Part shown: in pieces, positions 1 to 9,417 of the stretch | Position numbering within the stretch: position 1 is the first letter of the stretch | How the letters are laid out: each line of letters opens with the position of its first letter | Assembly (NCBI RefSeq): GCF_037902255.1 | Contig: NZ_CP147990.1 | Location: 1,770,001 to 1,802,000 of the forward strand | DNA from: Candidatus Electrothrix sp. GW3-4 | GTDB lineage: Bacteria; Desulfobacterota; Desulfobulbia; Desulfobulbales; Desulfobulbaceae | Direction of reading: 5' to 3' | DNA length: 32,000 bases | Position numbers and translations under genes: made by a program | The notes under the pieces: model-generated | What the model was told of the DNA's origin: nothing | Database searches by the model: none | The model's input: the letters and a program-made list of their open reading frames with translations, nothing else

Positions 1-195
1 CAGATCGGGCCGAAACTCAGCAAGAAGATCGGAGAGTGGGCGTTTTTCCAGGATCATATCCAGAATATCTACCTGATGCCCCAAGTCAGCGATGCAGGCA
101 GCAAGGTACTCCAGCTCCAGGGGCTCGCAGATCATCATATGTTGGAGTCCAATGGTTTCGCGGCTGGGGCGGGGGCGAAGAAGAAGGATATTCAT
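1..195 (-). CDS. Cobalamin(B12)-binding-domain radical SAM protein, N-terminal 65 codons only (gene runs off the window start)
   Basis: A minus-strand ATG at 193-195 opens a frame with no stop down to base 1. It is absent from the ORF track because it has no stop in the window. Translation: MNILLLRPRPSRETIGLQHMMICEPLELEYLAACIADLGHQVDILDMILEKRPLSDLLAEFRPDL. This looks like the B12-binding N-terminus of class B radical SAM enzymes. Track ORFs 76..342(+) and 86..280(-) are in other frames and look spurious. Confidence 0.45.
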   Translation of the reverse strand, partial: MNILLLRPRPSRETIGLQHMMICEPLELEYLAACIADLGHQVDILDMILEKRPLSDLLAEFRPDL

Positions 196-518
196 AGAGA
201 GGACGGTGCGTTTCTCCTTGTTGGTTTGCTATATGGGGATTATATGGAGCGGCTCGGTCCTTTGCTGACCAGATTGACACCCCTCAGCAGCATGTGCTGT
301 TGCGAAGAAAAGGAGAGAGAAAAATACTATTACAAGATCTGAAGGCAATTATAGACCGGCCACGAAGAAAGGTAAAGGAAAAACATTGAAATGCTCAGCA
401 GTTATTTTCTTACTCGACCGGCCCTTTGGTTTTTAGCCCCAGGGATATCAGGAGAGCTGATCCTGTTTCGATGATTTTTTCCTGTCTGCAAAGGGTAAAT
501 CCGGGCCACTGGTCTTTA

Positions 519-541
519 TCACCCCACGGCCCGTGGGGTGA
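519..541 (-). terminator. GC-rich palindromic hairpin downstream of the MFS gene (possible terminator)
   Basis: TCACCCCACGG-c-CCGTGGGGTGA has perfect 11-nt arms and lies about 60 nt after the MFS stop codon. There is no clear U-tract on either strand, so its function is uncertain. Confidence 0.3.
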
Positions 542-603
542 TGGATGATCATCTCGAGAGATCGGACTCTGATCTTCTTGATTCTTGCATCCGAGATCTG
601 CTT

Positions 604-1923
604 TTACACCGTTGCCTCTTTTTTAATCCAGGCTGGTCGGTTCACAAATTGCGCCAGCACAGCCCCAATGACCAGCAGACCTGCGGAGAGGTAAAAGGCA
701 TAGTCCAGACTGCCGGTCAGATCCTTGATAATGCCGCCCAGCTTGGCCATAAAGAAACCCAGACCCCAGCCGAGAAAAATCAGACCATAGTTTGTGCCCA
801 GGTTCTTTGCCCCGTAAAAGTCACCGGTAAAGAGCGGCATCAGGGAGAGACCTCCGCCGTACTGCCAGTAGGCGTTGCCCACGACAATAAAGAGCAATAA
901 GATGCTCTGGCTCTTTATGGCTACCGGCACCAGCAGTAGGCAGACGGCAGAGACCACACAGTTCAGAGTATAGGAGTTTTTTCTTCCTATTTTGTCGGAA
1001 TAACATCCGGTGCCGATCCGTCCAGAGGCGTTAACCAAGCCACCATAGGCGACCAGCAACCAGGCGTTTTCAGCAAAAAAGGGTATCTTTGCCCCTGCTG
1101 TTTTGAGTATCCCGGCTGCATTGGCAATGATCAGCATGCCAGATTGCGTTGTTAAAACAAACATAAAGAGCAGGGCATAGAATTGCCAGGTCTTGAGCAT
1201 CTCCTTGGCCTGCCAGTCACGCTGGGTGGCTGCTTCGGCAACCTTGCTCGAACGGGGACAGGGCGGTGCAGGTGGGCTATAGGAACCGTCCGGGTAGACC
1301 TCGTCCGGTGTCTTGAGCAGCTGCCCGGCAATAACGACCACAGCAGCAAAGAAGATACCTAGGTATATAAAACTCTTGGAAATGCCGTAGTTCTCAATCA
1401 GGTATTTGGCCAAAGGACTGATATACAGGGCTGCGCCGCCGTAACCGCCCACCACCATGCCCGCTATAATACCCCGGCGGTGCGGACCAAACCATTTCAG
1501 AGCTGCCGGAGTGGGCGCAGCATAGCCGATCCCCATCCCAATCCCGCCCAGAATACCGAATCCAAGGATAAGCCCCAGGTAACTCTGCATCAGCCCAGCC
1601 AGAATACAGCCGGAGGCCAGGAACAGACCTCCCAGGGTTGCCCCGAACTTGGGGCTGATCTTGTCCTGAATCCGTCCACCAGGGATCATCAGCAGGGCAA
1701 AGAGGATCATGCATATGGAAAAGGGCGTAGCTGCCTGAGCATTGGTCAGGTAGGTCCAGCCTTCATTCAGGCCGCTCATGGGTTGGCCTGCCCGGTCAAC
1801 ATTGGTGAGTGCTGCCGACCACATGCTCCAGGCATAGAGTATGCCAAGGCAGAGGTTGACTGCTACCCCGGCAAAGGTGGTGACCCAGGCCTGGGTAGGC
1901 ACTTTCTCTGCATGAACTGTCAT
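604..1923 (-). CDS. MFS transporter, oxalate/formate antiporter (OFA)-like family
   Basis: A 439-aa ORF that is hydrophobic throughout, with many predicted helices. The N-terminal segment VTTFAGVAVNLCLGILYAWS and the overall layout resemble OFA-type MFS permeases. Overlapping ORFs on both strands are short and compositionally odd. Confidence 0.75.
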   Translation of the reverse strand: MTVHAEKVPTQAWVTTFAGVAVNLCLGILYAWSMWSAALTNVDRAGQPMSGLNEGWTYLTNAQAATPFSICMILFALLMIPGGRIQDKISPKFGATLGGLFLASGCILAGLMQSYLGLILGFGILGGIGMGIGYAAPTPAALKWFGPHRRGIIAGMVVGGYGGAALYISPLAKYLIENYGISKSFIYLGIFFAAVVVIAGQLLKTPDEVYPDGSYSPPAPPCPRSSKVAEAATQRDWQAKEMLKTWQFYALLFMFVLTTQSGMLIIANAAGILKTAGAKIPFFAENAWLLVAYGGLVNASGRIGTGCYSDKIGRKNSYTLNCVVSAVCLLLVPVAIKSQSILLLFIVVGNAYWQYGGGLSLMPLFTGDFYGAKNLGTNYGLIFLGWGLGFFMAKLGGIIKDLTGSLDYAFYLSAGLLVIGAVLAQFVNRPAWIKKEATV

Positions 1924-2178
1924 GATTTCTCCTTTTTTTGTAGTGGTAGCGCTGTTACGCTGGCGTGTTTACCGACTCATGAAGATCACTGTAGCATAAA
2001 TAGGAAAAAAGAGATAATGCAAGCTGAAAAGAAGGTGTCAGGGGCAATGCATGAATTTATATCCTTCTGCGGGCGTCTGCTTTGACGTTACGCGAGGTTG
2101 ATGATCAGGAAGATCCACCAGTCTGCCGCTGTAGTCATCATCTTTCTGGGATGAGACAACAAAACATGAAAGTTGATT

Positions 2179-2200
2179 GGGCGACTCCAAGGAGTCACCC
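2179..2200 (-). terminator. Hairpin after the MipA-like gene (putative rho-independent terminator)
   Basis: On the minus strand: GGGTGACTCC-tt-GGAGTCGCCC (10-bp stem, one mismatch), followed by a moderately T-rich stretch (AATCAACTTTCATGTTTTGTTG). It lies about 20 nt after the stop at 2222. Confidence 0.45.
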
Positions 2201-2221
2201 GCTACATTCATATAAAATATA

Positions 2222-2998
2222 CTAAAAACCGTAGGCTATCCCAAGCATGGTAAAGAACTGGGTGTCCTGATCAATGATGGGGCTGTCCGCAATCTCCTGA
2301 TCAAGGATTTCTAGCCCGAACAGGGTGCTGAGCATGATGTTCTGGTTCAGACCAACCCTAATCGCCAGGCCTGCCTGCCAGTTTGTGGTCCAGCCCAGTT
2401 CGTATTCAGGTCGTCCGGCAATAGTCTCAGTGGCATCGACTCCATAATAATAGGTGGAAAAATCATCACTGCGTAGGGAAACCCCGAGATAGGGGGCAAG
2501 AAAGAGCATGCGCCAGCGAAAGGGTTTCTTGAGCCGGAGATTGATCTCTTGGCCTCCGTGTTCGTCAAGCAGGTCAGTAAAGACCTTGCCAGAAAGAACC
2601 ACCTGCTCAAATCGCCAATCTGCCCCCAGGCCTGCTTCCACCGTGCCGTCCCGGTCCTTTATGCCGATTAAGGACGCGCTATCTCCAGCCTCATAGGCCT
2701 CAAAACGATATTTTCCCAGCAGGTCAACAGAAAACTGTTCATCCTGGTAGAGATGCATGCCTGCTCCGGTTCCTCTGATAAAGAATTGCTCCCCGGACAA
2801 CATGAGCATGGGAATGGCTATGGTTTTATTATCTGCCCCCAGATACGGTGTGGTGGAAAAGACAGCGCCTGTACCCAGGGAAAAGGGCGGGGGCGCTCCG
2901 CCGGGTTGGGCCGCCGCCGTACCTATCCACCAAAAGCTCAGGAGAAGGAAGAGGAGGCAGGTAAGAAGATGGGTAATCTGTGCTGGTCGTTTCTTCAT
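2222..2998 (-). CDS. mipA: MipA/OmpV-family outer-membrane protein (MltA-interacting protein-like)
   Basis: ORF 2222..3109 trimmed to the ATG at 2996-2998. The N-terminus MKKRPAQITHLLTCLLFLLLSFWWIGTAAAQ is a typical signal peptide. The body has alternating beta-strand character and ends MLGIAYGF (aromatic C-terminus of OM beta-barrels). The internal segment GADWRF...YYYGVD resembles MipA/OmpV proteins. Confidence 0.7.
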   Translation of the reverse strand: MKKRPAQITHLLTCLLFLLLSFWWIGTAAAQPGGAPPPFSLGTGAVFSTTPYLGADNKTIAIPMLMLSGEQFFIRGTGAGMHLYQDEQFSVDLLGKYRFEAYEAGDSASLIGIKDRDGTVEAGLGADWRFEQVVLSGKVFTDLLDEHGGQEINLRLKKPFRWRMLFLAPYLGVSLRSDDFSTYYYGVDATETIAGRPEYELGWTTNWQAGLAIRVGLNQNIMLSTLFGLEILDQEIADSPIIDQDTQFFTMLGIAYGF

Positions 2999-3162
2999 GG
3001 GGTATGCGACCGATATGGTTTTCTCTCTTATATCCCTAAGAGAGTGATGCGGATCCAACGAATTTAACAGAGCAACGAAAATCAGCGAAAAGAAAAAACC
3101 CGAGAACAAGCCTCGGGCGAAATATGCGAGATGTGGGGGAGGGTGCAGGTTGTGACAACAGA

Positions 3163-3615
3163 TCAGGTCAGATCAATCTGCAGGGGAATGAAATGCAGAC
3201 TCTTTGCTGGCTGCTGGGTCCTGCCCAGTTTCCAGGTCCCGCATTTGGCCTCACCACCCAGCCGTTTTTCCACATCTGAGACCAGCCCCTGGATATTAAT
3301 CACCTTATGGCGGGAAAAGACCTCGGGTAGACCGCTGGTCAGGTTGCAGGCCAGGCAGCAGCCCGGACGTTCGTGCAGGTCAAGATTAAAATGCAGGCTA
3401 TTACTCTGCTCATCATGCCCCTGGAAGCTCAGGGAGATATCATAAGCGCCCTCGTTCGCATCGCCAAACAGGGCCTCAAAAAAATCATTTGCTCGCTCTG
3501 CCGGGAACAGCTCCTGCAGAACCTCATCTGTAAACACGTCATTCATGGAATTCATGGCCTCTTTCTTTGCTTCTTGTTTGCGTCGTTCCACAGGCAAAGC
3601 CCGTGTCATGTACAT
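3163..3615 (-). CDS. Conserved hypothetical cytoplasmic protein
   Basis: The 244-aa track ORF overlaps the divergent helicase gene, so I trimmed it to ATG 3613-3615 (MYMTRALPVERRKQEAKKEAMNSMNDVFTDEVLQELFPAERANDFFEALFGDANEGAYDISLSFQG...). An alternative start is ATG 3553-3555. The sequence looks like a real protein, but I cannot assign a family. Confidence 0.45.
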   Translation of the reverse strand: MYMTRALPVERRKQEAKKEAMNSMNDVFTDEVLQELFPAERANDFFEALFGDANEGAYDISLSFQGHDEQSNSLHFNLDLHERPGCCLACNLTSGLPEVFSRHKVINIQGLVSDVEKRLGGEAKCGTWKLGRTQQPAKSLHFIPLQIDLT

Positions 3616-3792
3616 ATCGTTTGCGATAGATCTCTTAAGAAATTTAATCTGAGACGCAAGGGCTGTCAACATCCATTGCAGTGACCAGGGTGTTATGGTA
3701 AAGAATGGGCTATGGAAGAGAATATATTCGTTTATGATCCCGAAGAACAGCCGGAGAGCTTGAAAACAAAGAAAAAAGGAGGCTCCGTGCAT

Positions 3793-5938
3793 ATGGAGAA
3801 CCTGAATCCGTCCCAGCATAAGGCTGTCACTTATGGCGAAGGACCGGTGCTGGTCATTGCCGGGGCAGGCAGCGGCAAGACCCGGACCTTGGTCCACCGC
3901 ATGGCCTGGCTGCTGGATCAGGGTGTTCCCCCGGAATCCATCCTTTTACTCACCTTTACCCGCCGAGCTGCTCAGGAGATGCTTCATCGGGCCGCCCGCA
4001 TCTCTGGTCAGTCCTGTAATCGGGTGGTGGGAGGGACCTTCCATGCCACTGCCAATATGCTCTTGCGTAGGCATGGCCATTATCTGGGCTTTGGCGGGGG
4101 CTTTACCATTATCGACCGGGGGATGCCGAGGGCATTATCAATCTGCTCCGCAACTCCCTAGGCCTTGCCGGGGCAGGCAAGCGCTTTCCCTCGAAGCGGG
4201 TGATCCTTAACCTCCTGTCCGGGGCCATTAATAAATCCATTGAGCTGGAAGACCTGATCTTTGAGACCCAGAATCATCTGCTTGAGTTCACCAAGGATAT
4301 AATCAAAATCCGCAAGGGGTATGAAGAGTTTAAGCTGAATAACGCCCTGATGGATTATGACGACCTGTTGATCTACTGGCAGCGCCTCCTCTCTGAGTCG
4401 CCCCTGGCCCGTGGGGACATTGCTTCCCAGTTCCGCTATATCCTGGTGGATGAGTACCAGGACACCAACCTGATTCAGGCCCAGATCGTCCGTTTGCTGG
4501 CCTATGGTCATGATAACGTGATGGTGGTTGGCGATGATGCCCAGTCCATCTACAGTTTTCGTGGCGCAGATTTCTATAATATCATGCGCTTTCCAGAGCA
4601 GTTTCCTGGTGCGGATATCATCAAGCTGGAGCAGAATTATCGCTCGGTCCAGCCGGTCCTGGCCCTGACTAATGCCGTTATTGCCCAGGCCGAGGAAAAA
4701 TACACCAAGGAACTCTTTAGCGAGCTTGAGGGCGGAAAGAAACCCGTGGTCTACTCGGCCCGCAACGAGGCAGGCGAGGCCCGCTTCATTGTCGAAAAAG
4801 TTAAAGATCTGATGGAAGCAGGCACTCCCTGTAAAGAGATCGCGGTCTTGTTTCGCTCCGGCTTTCATTCCTATAAGCTGGAGATGGAACTGGCTGCCCA
4901 TGCCCTGGATTTTGAGAAACGGGGCGGGATGAAGCTCACCGAGGCCGCCCATATCAAGGACGTGCTCTCTTTTTTGCGGGTGCTGATTAACAACTGGGAC
5001 AATCTCTCCTGGAACCGGATCCTCCTCCAGCTGGACAAGGTCGGCCCCAAGACGGCCCAGAAGATCCTGGAGATGGTCACGGCCCAGGATAAGCCTATCC
5101 AGGCCCTGGGTGAGTACAAGACCACGGCCAAGTGGAAGGGGGCCTTCCAGCGGCTGGCCGAGGCCATGGCAGCCATGGATCGCCTTGACCTGACCCCCTC
5201 AGCAATCTTTGATCTGGTGATGGAGTATTACCAGCCCATCTTTGAGCGGATCTATCATGATGATTATCCCAAACGGAAGCGGGACCTGGACCAACTCAGG
5301 GCCCTGATCGGTGGCTACGGGGACCTCCAGTCCTTTGTTGATGATACGGCCCTGGATCCGCCGGAATCCGTGCACGGGGCCGTAGAAGCCGCACCGGAAA
5401 AACTTATCCTCTCCACCATCCATTCGGCTAAAGGGCTGGAATGGGATGCGGTCTTTGTTATCGGACTTTGTGAAGGGCGTTTTCCTCATCAAAGGACCGT
5501 GCCCGGTGAGCAATGGGAAGAGGAACGCCGTTTGCTCTATGTAGCAGCAACCCGGGCCAAGAAACAGCTCTTTCTTACCTATCCCCGGACCATCATGACC
5601 CCGGACCGGAAATTCCTCACCGTGGCGATGTCGCCCTTTCTCCGGGAGATCAATCCGGGTCTCTACGTGCGCGAGGATCCCACGCCCAATGGAGGGGTTA
5701 ATTTTACCGCCTATCGCAGCAACCCTGAGGGCGTGCTCCCGGACCCGCCCTCCCTGAAAAAGACCCTTGTTCAGTCTGCCCGCACCGAGTTCAAGAAGGG
5801 CATGTCGGTTCGCCATCCTTTTTTGGGGTCGGCACGGTCAAGGATATCCCGGCGCCACGTAGGATTGAAGTCCGTTTTGATCGGCACGGGGACAAACTCC
5901 TTCACCTGGACTATGCCAAGTTGGAGGTGATGGAGTAA
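3793..5938 (+). pseudogene. uvrD: UvrD/PcrA/Rep-family superfamily-1 DNA helicase, interrupted by two 1-nt frameshifts in this sequence
   Basis: Helicase motifs are present: AGAGSGKT (I), VDEYQDTN (II), GDDAQSIYSFRGA (III), LEQNYRS (IV), TIHSAKGLEWD (V) and RRLLYVAATRAK (VI). The likely start is ATG 3793 (MENLNPSQHKAV). The frame breaks at the G5 run 4118-4122 and at the T6G4 run 5819-5828. The corrected C-terminus is GVGTVKDIPAPRRIEVRFDRHGDKLLHLDYAKLEVME*, with its stop at 5936-5938. Confidence 0.85.
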
Positions 5939-6025
5939 GGGGAGTTGCTTTAGATTTAAAGCAATATGCTATTCCCTTCCAGGTTATCAGTGCTGTTGTG
6001 CAATAAATATCGATATTCTTCCATC

Positions 6026-6721
6026 TCAGAGTAAGGAGTTAAGAAATTCCCCAATAACTTGCGCACTCTTCTCGGGTCGTGCCTGCAAGATGAAATGCGG
6101 CCCCGGAATCTCAATCTCTGTAAGCTGCGGGGCAATCGCTCTGATCTCCTTCGCATGCGAGCTGGCGATCAATCGATCATTGCCTGCCTGGATATAGGCG
6201 CAGGGCATCGCCAGAGCTCGCCTTTTGATATGGAAGGCGGTGATCTCCCTCATCCGTGCGGTAAGGACAGGACCCTCCACCTTGCTTATTGCCTCCTTGA
6301 ACAGGGCCACGGTCTCGCTTGTCGTTGCCTGGTCAAAGAGGACCCGTTTGAGGAGAAAGGTCGGCAAAGGAATCTTCATGAGCAGGCCCATCAGGCGCGG
6401 GGGAGCTGCCAGATAAGGCCCCTGGGCGGGCGGAGAAAGGTGACCACGAAGATCAGGGCCCGGATCCGGTCTCGGCTGCCTGCTCGCCAGGGCATAGGCG
6501 ATAGGCCCGGAAAAGGACTCGGCCAGCAGGATGATCTCTTCTTGGGCCGGGAGCCTGCGGGCCACATCCTCGATCAGCTGGCCATAACTCAGCACCTGGT
6601 CGGCGGGATAGGAGAGCACCTGGACCGAGACCTCCTCAGGAAGCCCCTTACGGAGCTCCTGGACAAAGGGCCGGAACAGGATCCCGGTGCCGTCCATGCC
6701 AGGCAAGAGGATAATTCGCAT
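6026..6721 (-). CDS. Alpha/beta-fold hydrolase
   Basis: A 231-aa ORF. The N-terminus MRIILLPGMDGTG precedes the nucleophile-elbow-like LLAESFSGPIAYALA, and the C-terminal segment PGPHFILQARPEKSAQVIGEFL resembles the His-loop region of the fold. The central segment looks frame-scrambled (see findings). Confidence 0.65.
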   Translation of the reverse strand: MRIILLPGMDGTGILFRPFVQELRKGLPEEVSVQVLSYPADQVLSYGQLIEDVARRLPAQEEIILLAESFSGPIAYALASRQPRPDPGPDLRGHLSPPAQGPYLAAPPRLMGLLMKIPLPTFLLKRVLFDQATTSETVALFKEAISKVEGPVLTARMREITAFHIKRRALAMPCAYIQAGNDRLIASSHAKEIRAIAPQLTEIEIPGPHFILQARPEKSAQVIGEFLNSLL

Positions 6722-6754
6722 AGTGAAATAACCTGAGAGGGTCTCTTTAGTGGG

Positions 6755-8116
6755 TTATCCTTCGGCAATTACCTGGAAAAACTTCTTTTTCCAGAGACGG
6801 AGAAAGGCCTGACCATCTGCCTTGCTGAGGGCATTTTCCGTGCTGCCGAGGTGGATGGTCATCTCCTGCCTATAGGTGGAGATGGTGAAGAGCAGACAGC
6901 CATTGGGCATATTGGGGCCCAGCAGGGAATAGCCCTGGGCCTGACTATGCCCAAAATCTCCTGCCTGCTCTGGCATAATGCCGATATTAGTCATGCCCTG
7001 ATTATGGCTGATAAGATCCAAGGCCTTTTCCTTGAAGTAGAGGGTAAGACGCCAGATAAGGAGGTAGGGCAGGGCAGAAAGAAGCATGCTGATGAAAAAG
7101 GCATCAAGCCCAATCCGTTTTTTGGCCTGCTCAAGCTTGGCCGTGGTTGTGATCAGGGCAAGGGAGGGTGAATGGAGATTGGCAATATCCTCTTTATGCC
7201 ATACCACCACACTGAAATTGGCAAAGGTCCCGCTCGGCTCGCCCCACCAGCGACGCAGGTTGGCTGTGTGGAAAAAGGAGAGCCTGTTGCGCTCGTCTCC
7301 ACGTCTGGTATTCCACGCCACCGTTGCCAGGGAAAATGAGGTCATGAGCAGGGCATGGATGGTCGTTTGGCGGCGCCTGGTAAAGACCGTGGCTGCTTGC
7401 ATGTTCTCCTGTGTCAAGGAGATGCTGGAAAAATAGGGTTGGCGTGAAGGAAGAGGAGCTGGCCCTGCCGTATGGATCAGCCGGTAGCCTTCCTTCATTT
7501 GGCGCAAGTTCCACGGAGTTTTTGCCAACAGACCAAGAGAGGCAGGGAGGGCGGTGAGAAGGCGGAACGGGCGGGCCTGGTAAAGGATTTGACCAAGGCT
7601 GCGGCAGGGATCAAGCATTTGGTCAGGCTGCCAGTCCGGATCCTGGTAGAGTGCCCTGTAGATCTCGGCAAACTGGGCACAGATCCGCTTCAGGCCCTCT
7701 CCGTCCACCACAAGATGGTGGACCTGGATCACCAAATAATGTCGTTCCGGCCCGTCAAGGGAGTGGAGGCGGATCATGGCCCCTTTTCGGGCATTGATAG
7801 GGGTGGTAAAGACCTTTTGTACTTGTTCCTCGGTTTCGTTGTTGTTGGTCGTTTGCACCCGGGAGATAAGCTGAGCCACGTCTTCGGGGGGAAGAAACTG
7901 CCATTTGCCAGCAAACCAGGTGGTGACCGGTCGGGCATTGAGAATGGGGATGGTCTGGATGAGGTAGTTGAGGGCCTTTTCTATCAGTCCATCCTGCAGG
8001 GGCTCGGTCAGGCTGGCCATCGCCCAGATACAGAACAGGTCCTGATCATTAACCAGGTTCCAAACGATTTGGTCGGTCCCGCTCATGCGGGTGAACTGTT
8101 GTGGAGGCTCTTTCAT
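6755..8116 (-). CDS. Stand-alone condensation-domain (HHxxxDG) acyltransferase-like protein
   Basis: The track ORF 6755..8215 was trimmed to ATG 8114-8116 (MKEPPQQF...), which is preceded by GGAG about 11 nt upstream. This avoids overlap with aroK. The catalytic-type motif VIQVHHLVVDGEGL matches the HHxxxDG signature of NRPS C-domain and PapA5-like acyltransferases. Confidence 0.6.
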   Translation of the reverse strand: MKEPPQQFTRMSGTDQIVWNLVNDQDLFCIWAMASLTEPLQDGLIEKALNYLIQTIPILNARPVTTWFAGKWQFLPPEDVAQLISRVQTTNNNETEEQVQKVFTTPINARKGAMIRLHSLDGPERHYLVIQVHHLVVDGEGLKRICAQFAEIYRALYQDPDWQPDQMLDPCRSLGQILYQARPFRLLTALPASLGLLAKTPWNLRQMKEGYRLIHTAGPAPLPSRQPYFSSISLTQENMQAATVFTRRRQTTIHALLMTSFSLATVAWNTRRGDERNRLSFFHTANLRRWWGEPSGTFANFSVVVWHKEDIANLHSPSLALITTTAKLEQAKKRIGLDAFFISMLLSALPYLLIWRLTLYFKEKALDLISHNQGMTNIGIMPEQAGDFGHSQAQGYSLLGPNMPNGCLLFTISTYRQEMTIHLGSTENALSKADGQAFLRLWKKKFFQVIAEG

Positions 8117-8187
8117 CGTTCCTTTATCTCCTCTGGCTTGAAGTGTTGTCTGTTCCCCATGGAGGGCCTGTTTCGGCTTCTCCCGCT

Positions 8188-8697
8188 TCAGCCCTCCAGT
8201 TCGGCAATGATCCACGCACAGACCGCTGTTGGACTCAGCTCTGCACAGTTGACTGTGATGTCCGCATATTTCCTGTACAGGGACTGGCGCTCAGCAAACA
8301 ACTGGGCAAAGGTCTGCCCTGCCTGTTTTGCCAGCCCTCGGGTGCTGAAATTATGGATCCTCGATTCCAGGGTCGCGAGATCTGCCTCCAGGAAAATAAC
8401 AACACCCTTTGATTGGAGATAGGTCATGGCCGGTTCGCTGTAGATCGCGCTGCCCCCCGTGGCAATGACATGGTTTTGAAAAGCAAGATCAAGCAGGACC
8501 TCTTCTTCAATCCGCTGCAAGGCAGCCTGTCCGTCGCTATCTACGATGTCCTGCAAGGTTCGTTTCTGTGAGGCCTGAATGATCAGGTCGGTATCCAGGA
8601 AGTCGTGCGCAGTCTTTTGGGCGAGCAACGGGCCAATGGTACTCTTGCCAGCGCCCGGCATCCCGATCAAAATAAGGTTTGAAGGTGTTTTGGTCAT
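8188..8697 (-). CDS. aroK: Shikimate kinase
   Basis: A 169-aa ORF with P-loop LILIGMPGAGKSTIGPLLA followed by FLDTDLIIQ and GGSAI. Size and motif order are typical of AroK. Confidence 0.9.
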   Translation of the reverse strand: MTKTPSNLILIGMPGAGKSTIGPLLAQKTAHDFLDTDLIIQASQKRTLQDIVDSDGQAALQRIEEEVLLDLAFQNHVIATGGSAIYSEPAMTYLQSKGVVIFLEADLATLESRIHNFSTRGLAKQAGQTFAQLFAERQSLYRKYADITVNCAELSPTAVCAWIIAELEG

Positions 8698-8754
8698 GCT
8701 GTTATGGAGTGAGCGATTGACTGGATGGACAGGGTAGACGGATCATCCATATTA

Positions 8755-9405
8755 TTACGGCACCACCCGATCTAGCTGTGAGACCTCGCCAATGGCCACG
8801 AAGTTATCCCCTTCCTGGAAGACCTCATTGGCCTTTGGTATATATTGGTATTTTTTATTACCGTTTCTCCGTACCGCAATCACCTGAATGCCAAAGGTAT
8901 TGGTCAGGTTCAGCTCCTGAAGGGTCTTGCCTGTCCATTCCTTGATGGTGAACTCCTTCACCGCCATGGATTCATCAAAGGGAAGATAGTCAAGAAAGCC
9001 GGGCATGGCAATGCGGCTGGCGATCTGTTTTGCAGCCATGAATTCCGGGATCACCACCTCATCCACCCCTATCTTGTGGAGCAGCTTCTCATGATCCTGA
9101 TGAATGGCCTTGACCCAGACTTTGACCACGCCCAACTCCTTGAGGAACATGGAAATCATCACGCTGGCAGCAATGGAGTCCCCCACACTGACCAAGACAT
9201 GATGGAGATCCTGGATCCGTATCTGCTCCAGGGCCTCCCTGCTCATGGCGTCGACCTGATAGACCTGGGTCAGGACATATTGGGCATTTTTTACCTTTTC
9301 CGGGTCCTGCTCCACCCCCAGGACCTCATGGCCGAGATCAATCAGGGTTTTCCCAAGTTTCAGGCCAAACTTGCCTAAGCCGATAATACCTATCTGTAAC
9401 TTCAT
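8755..9405 (-). CDS. ktrA: K+ uptake system regulatory subunit, TrkA/KtrA family (RCK domain protein)
   Basis: A 216-aa ORF with Rossmann motif IGIIGLGKFGLKLGKTL (TrkA-N) and a C-terminal TrkA-C-like segment. A GGAGG RBS precedes the ATG. It starts 12 nt after the ktrB stop. Confidence 0.85.
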   Translation of the reverse strand: MKLQIGIIGLGKFGLKLGKTLIDLGHEVLGVEQDPEKVKNAQYVLTQVYQVDAMSREALEQIRIQDLHHVLVSVGDSIAASVMISMFLKELGVVKVWVKAIHQDHEKLLHKIGVDEVVIPEFMAAKQIASRIAMPGFLDYLPFDESMAVKEFTIKEWTGKTLQELNLTNTFGIQVIAVRRNGNKKYQYIPKANEVFQEGDNFVAIGEVSQLDRVVP

Positions 9406-9417
9406 TATTCCTCCGAC

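Noticed and set aside
3616-3897. Long version (244 aa) of the 3163..3897 minus-strand ORF
   Set aside because: The upstream 94 codons overlap the helicase gene start on the other strand and have an odd composition. ATG 3615 or ATG 3555 gives a compact protein with a normal divergent promoter region.
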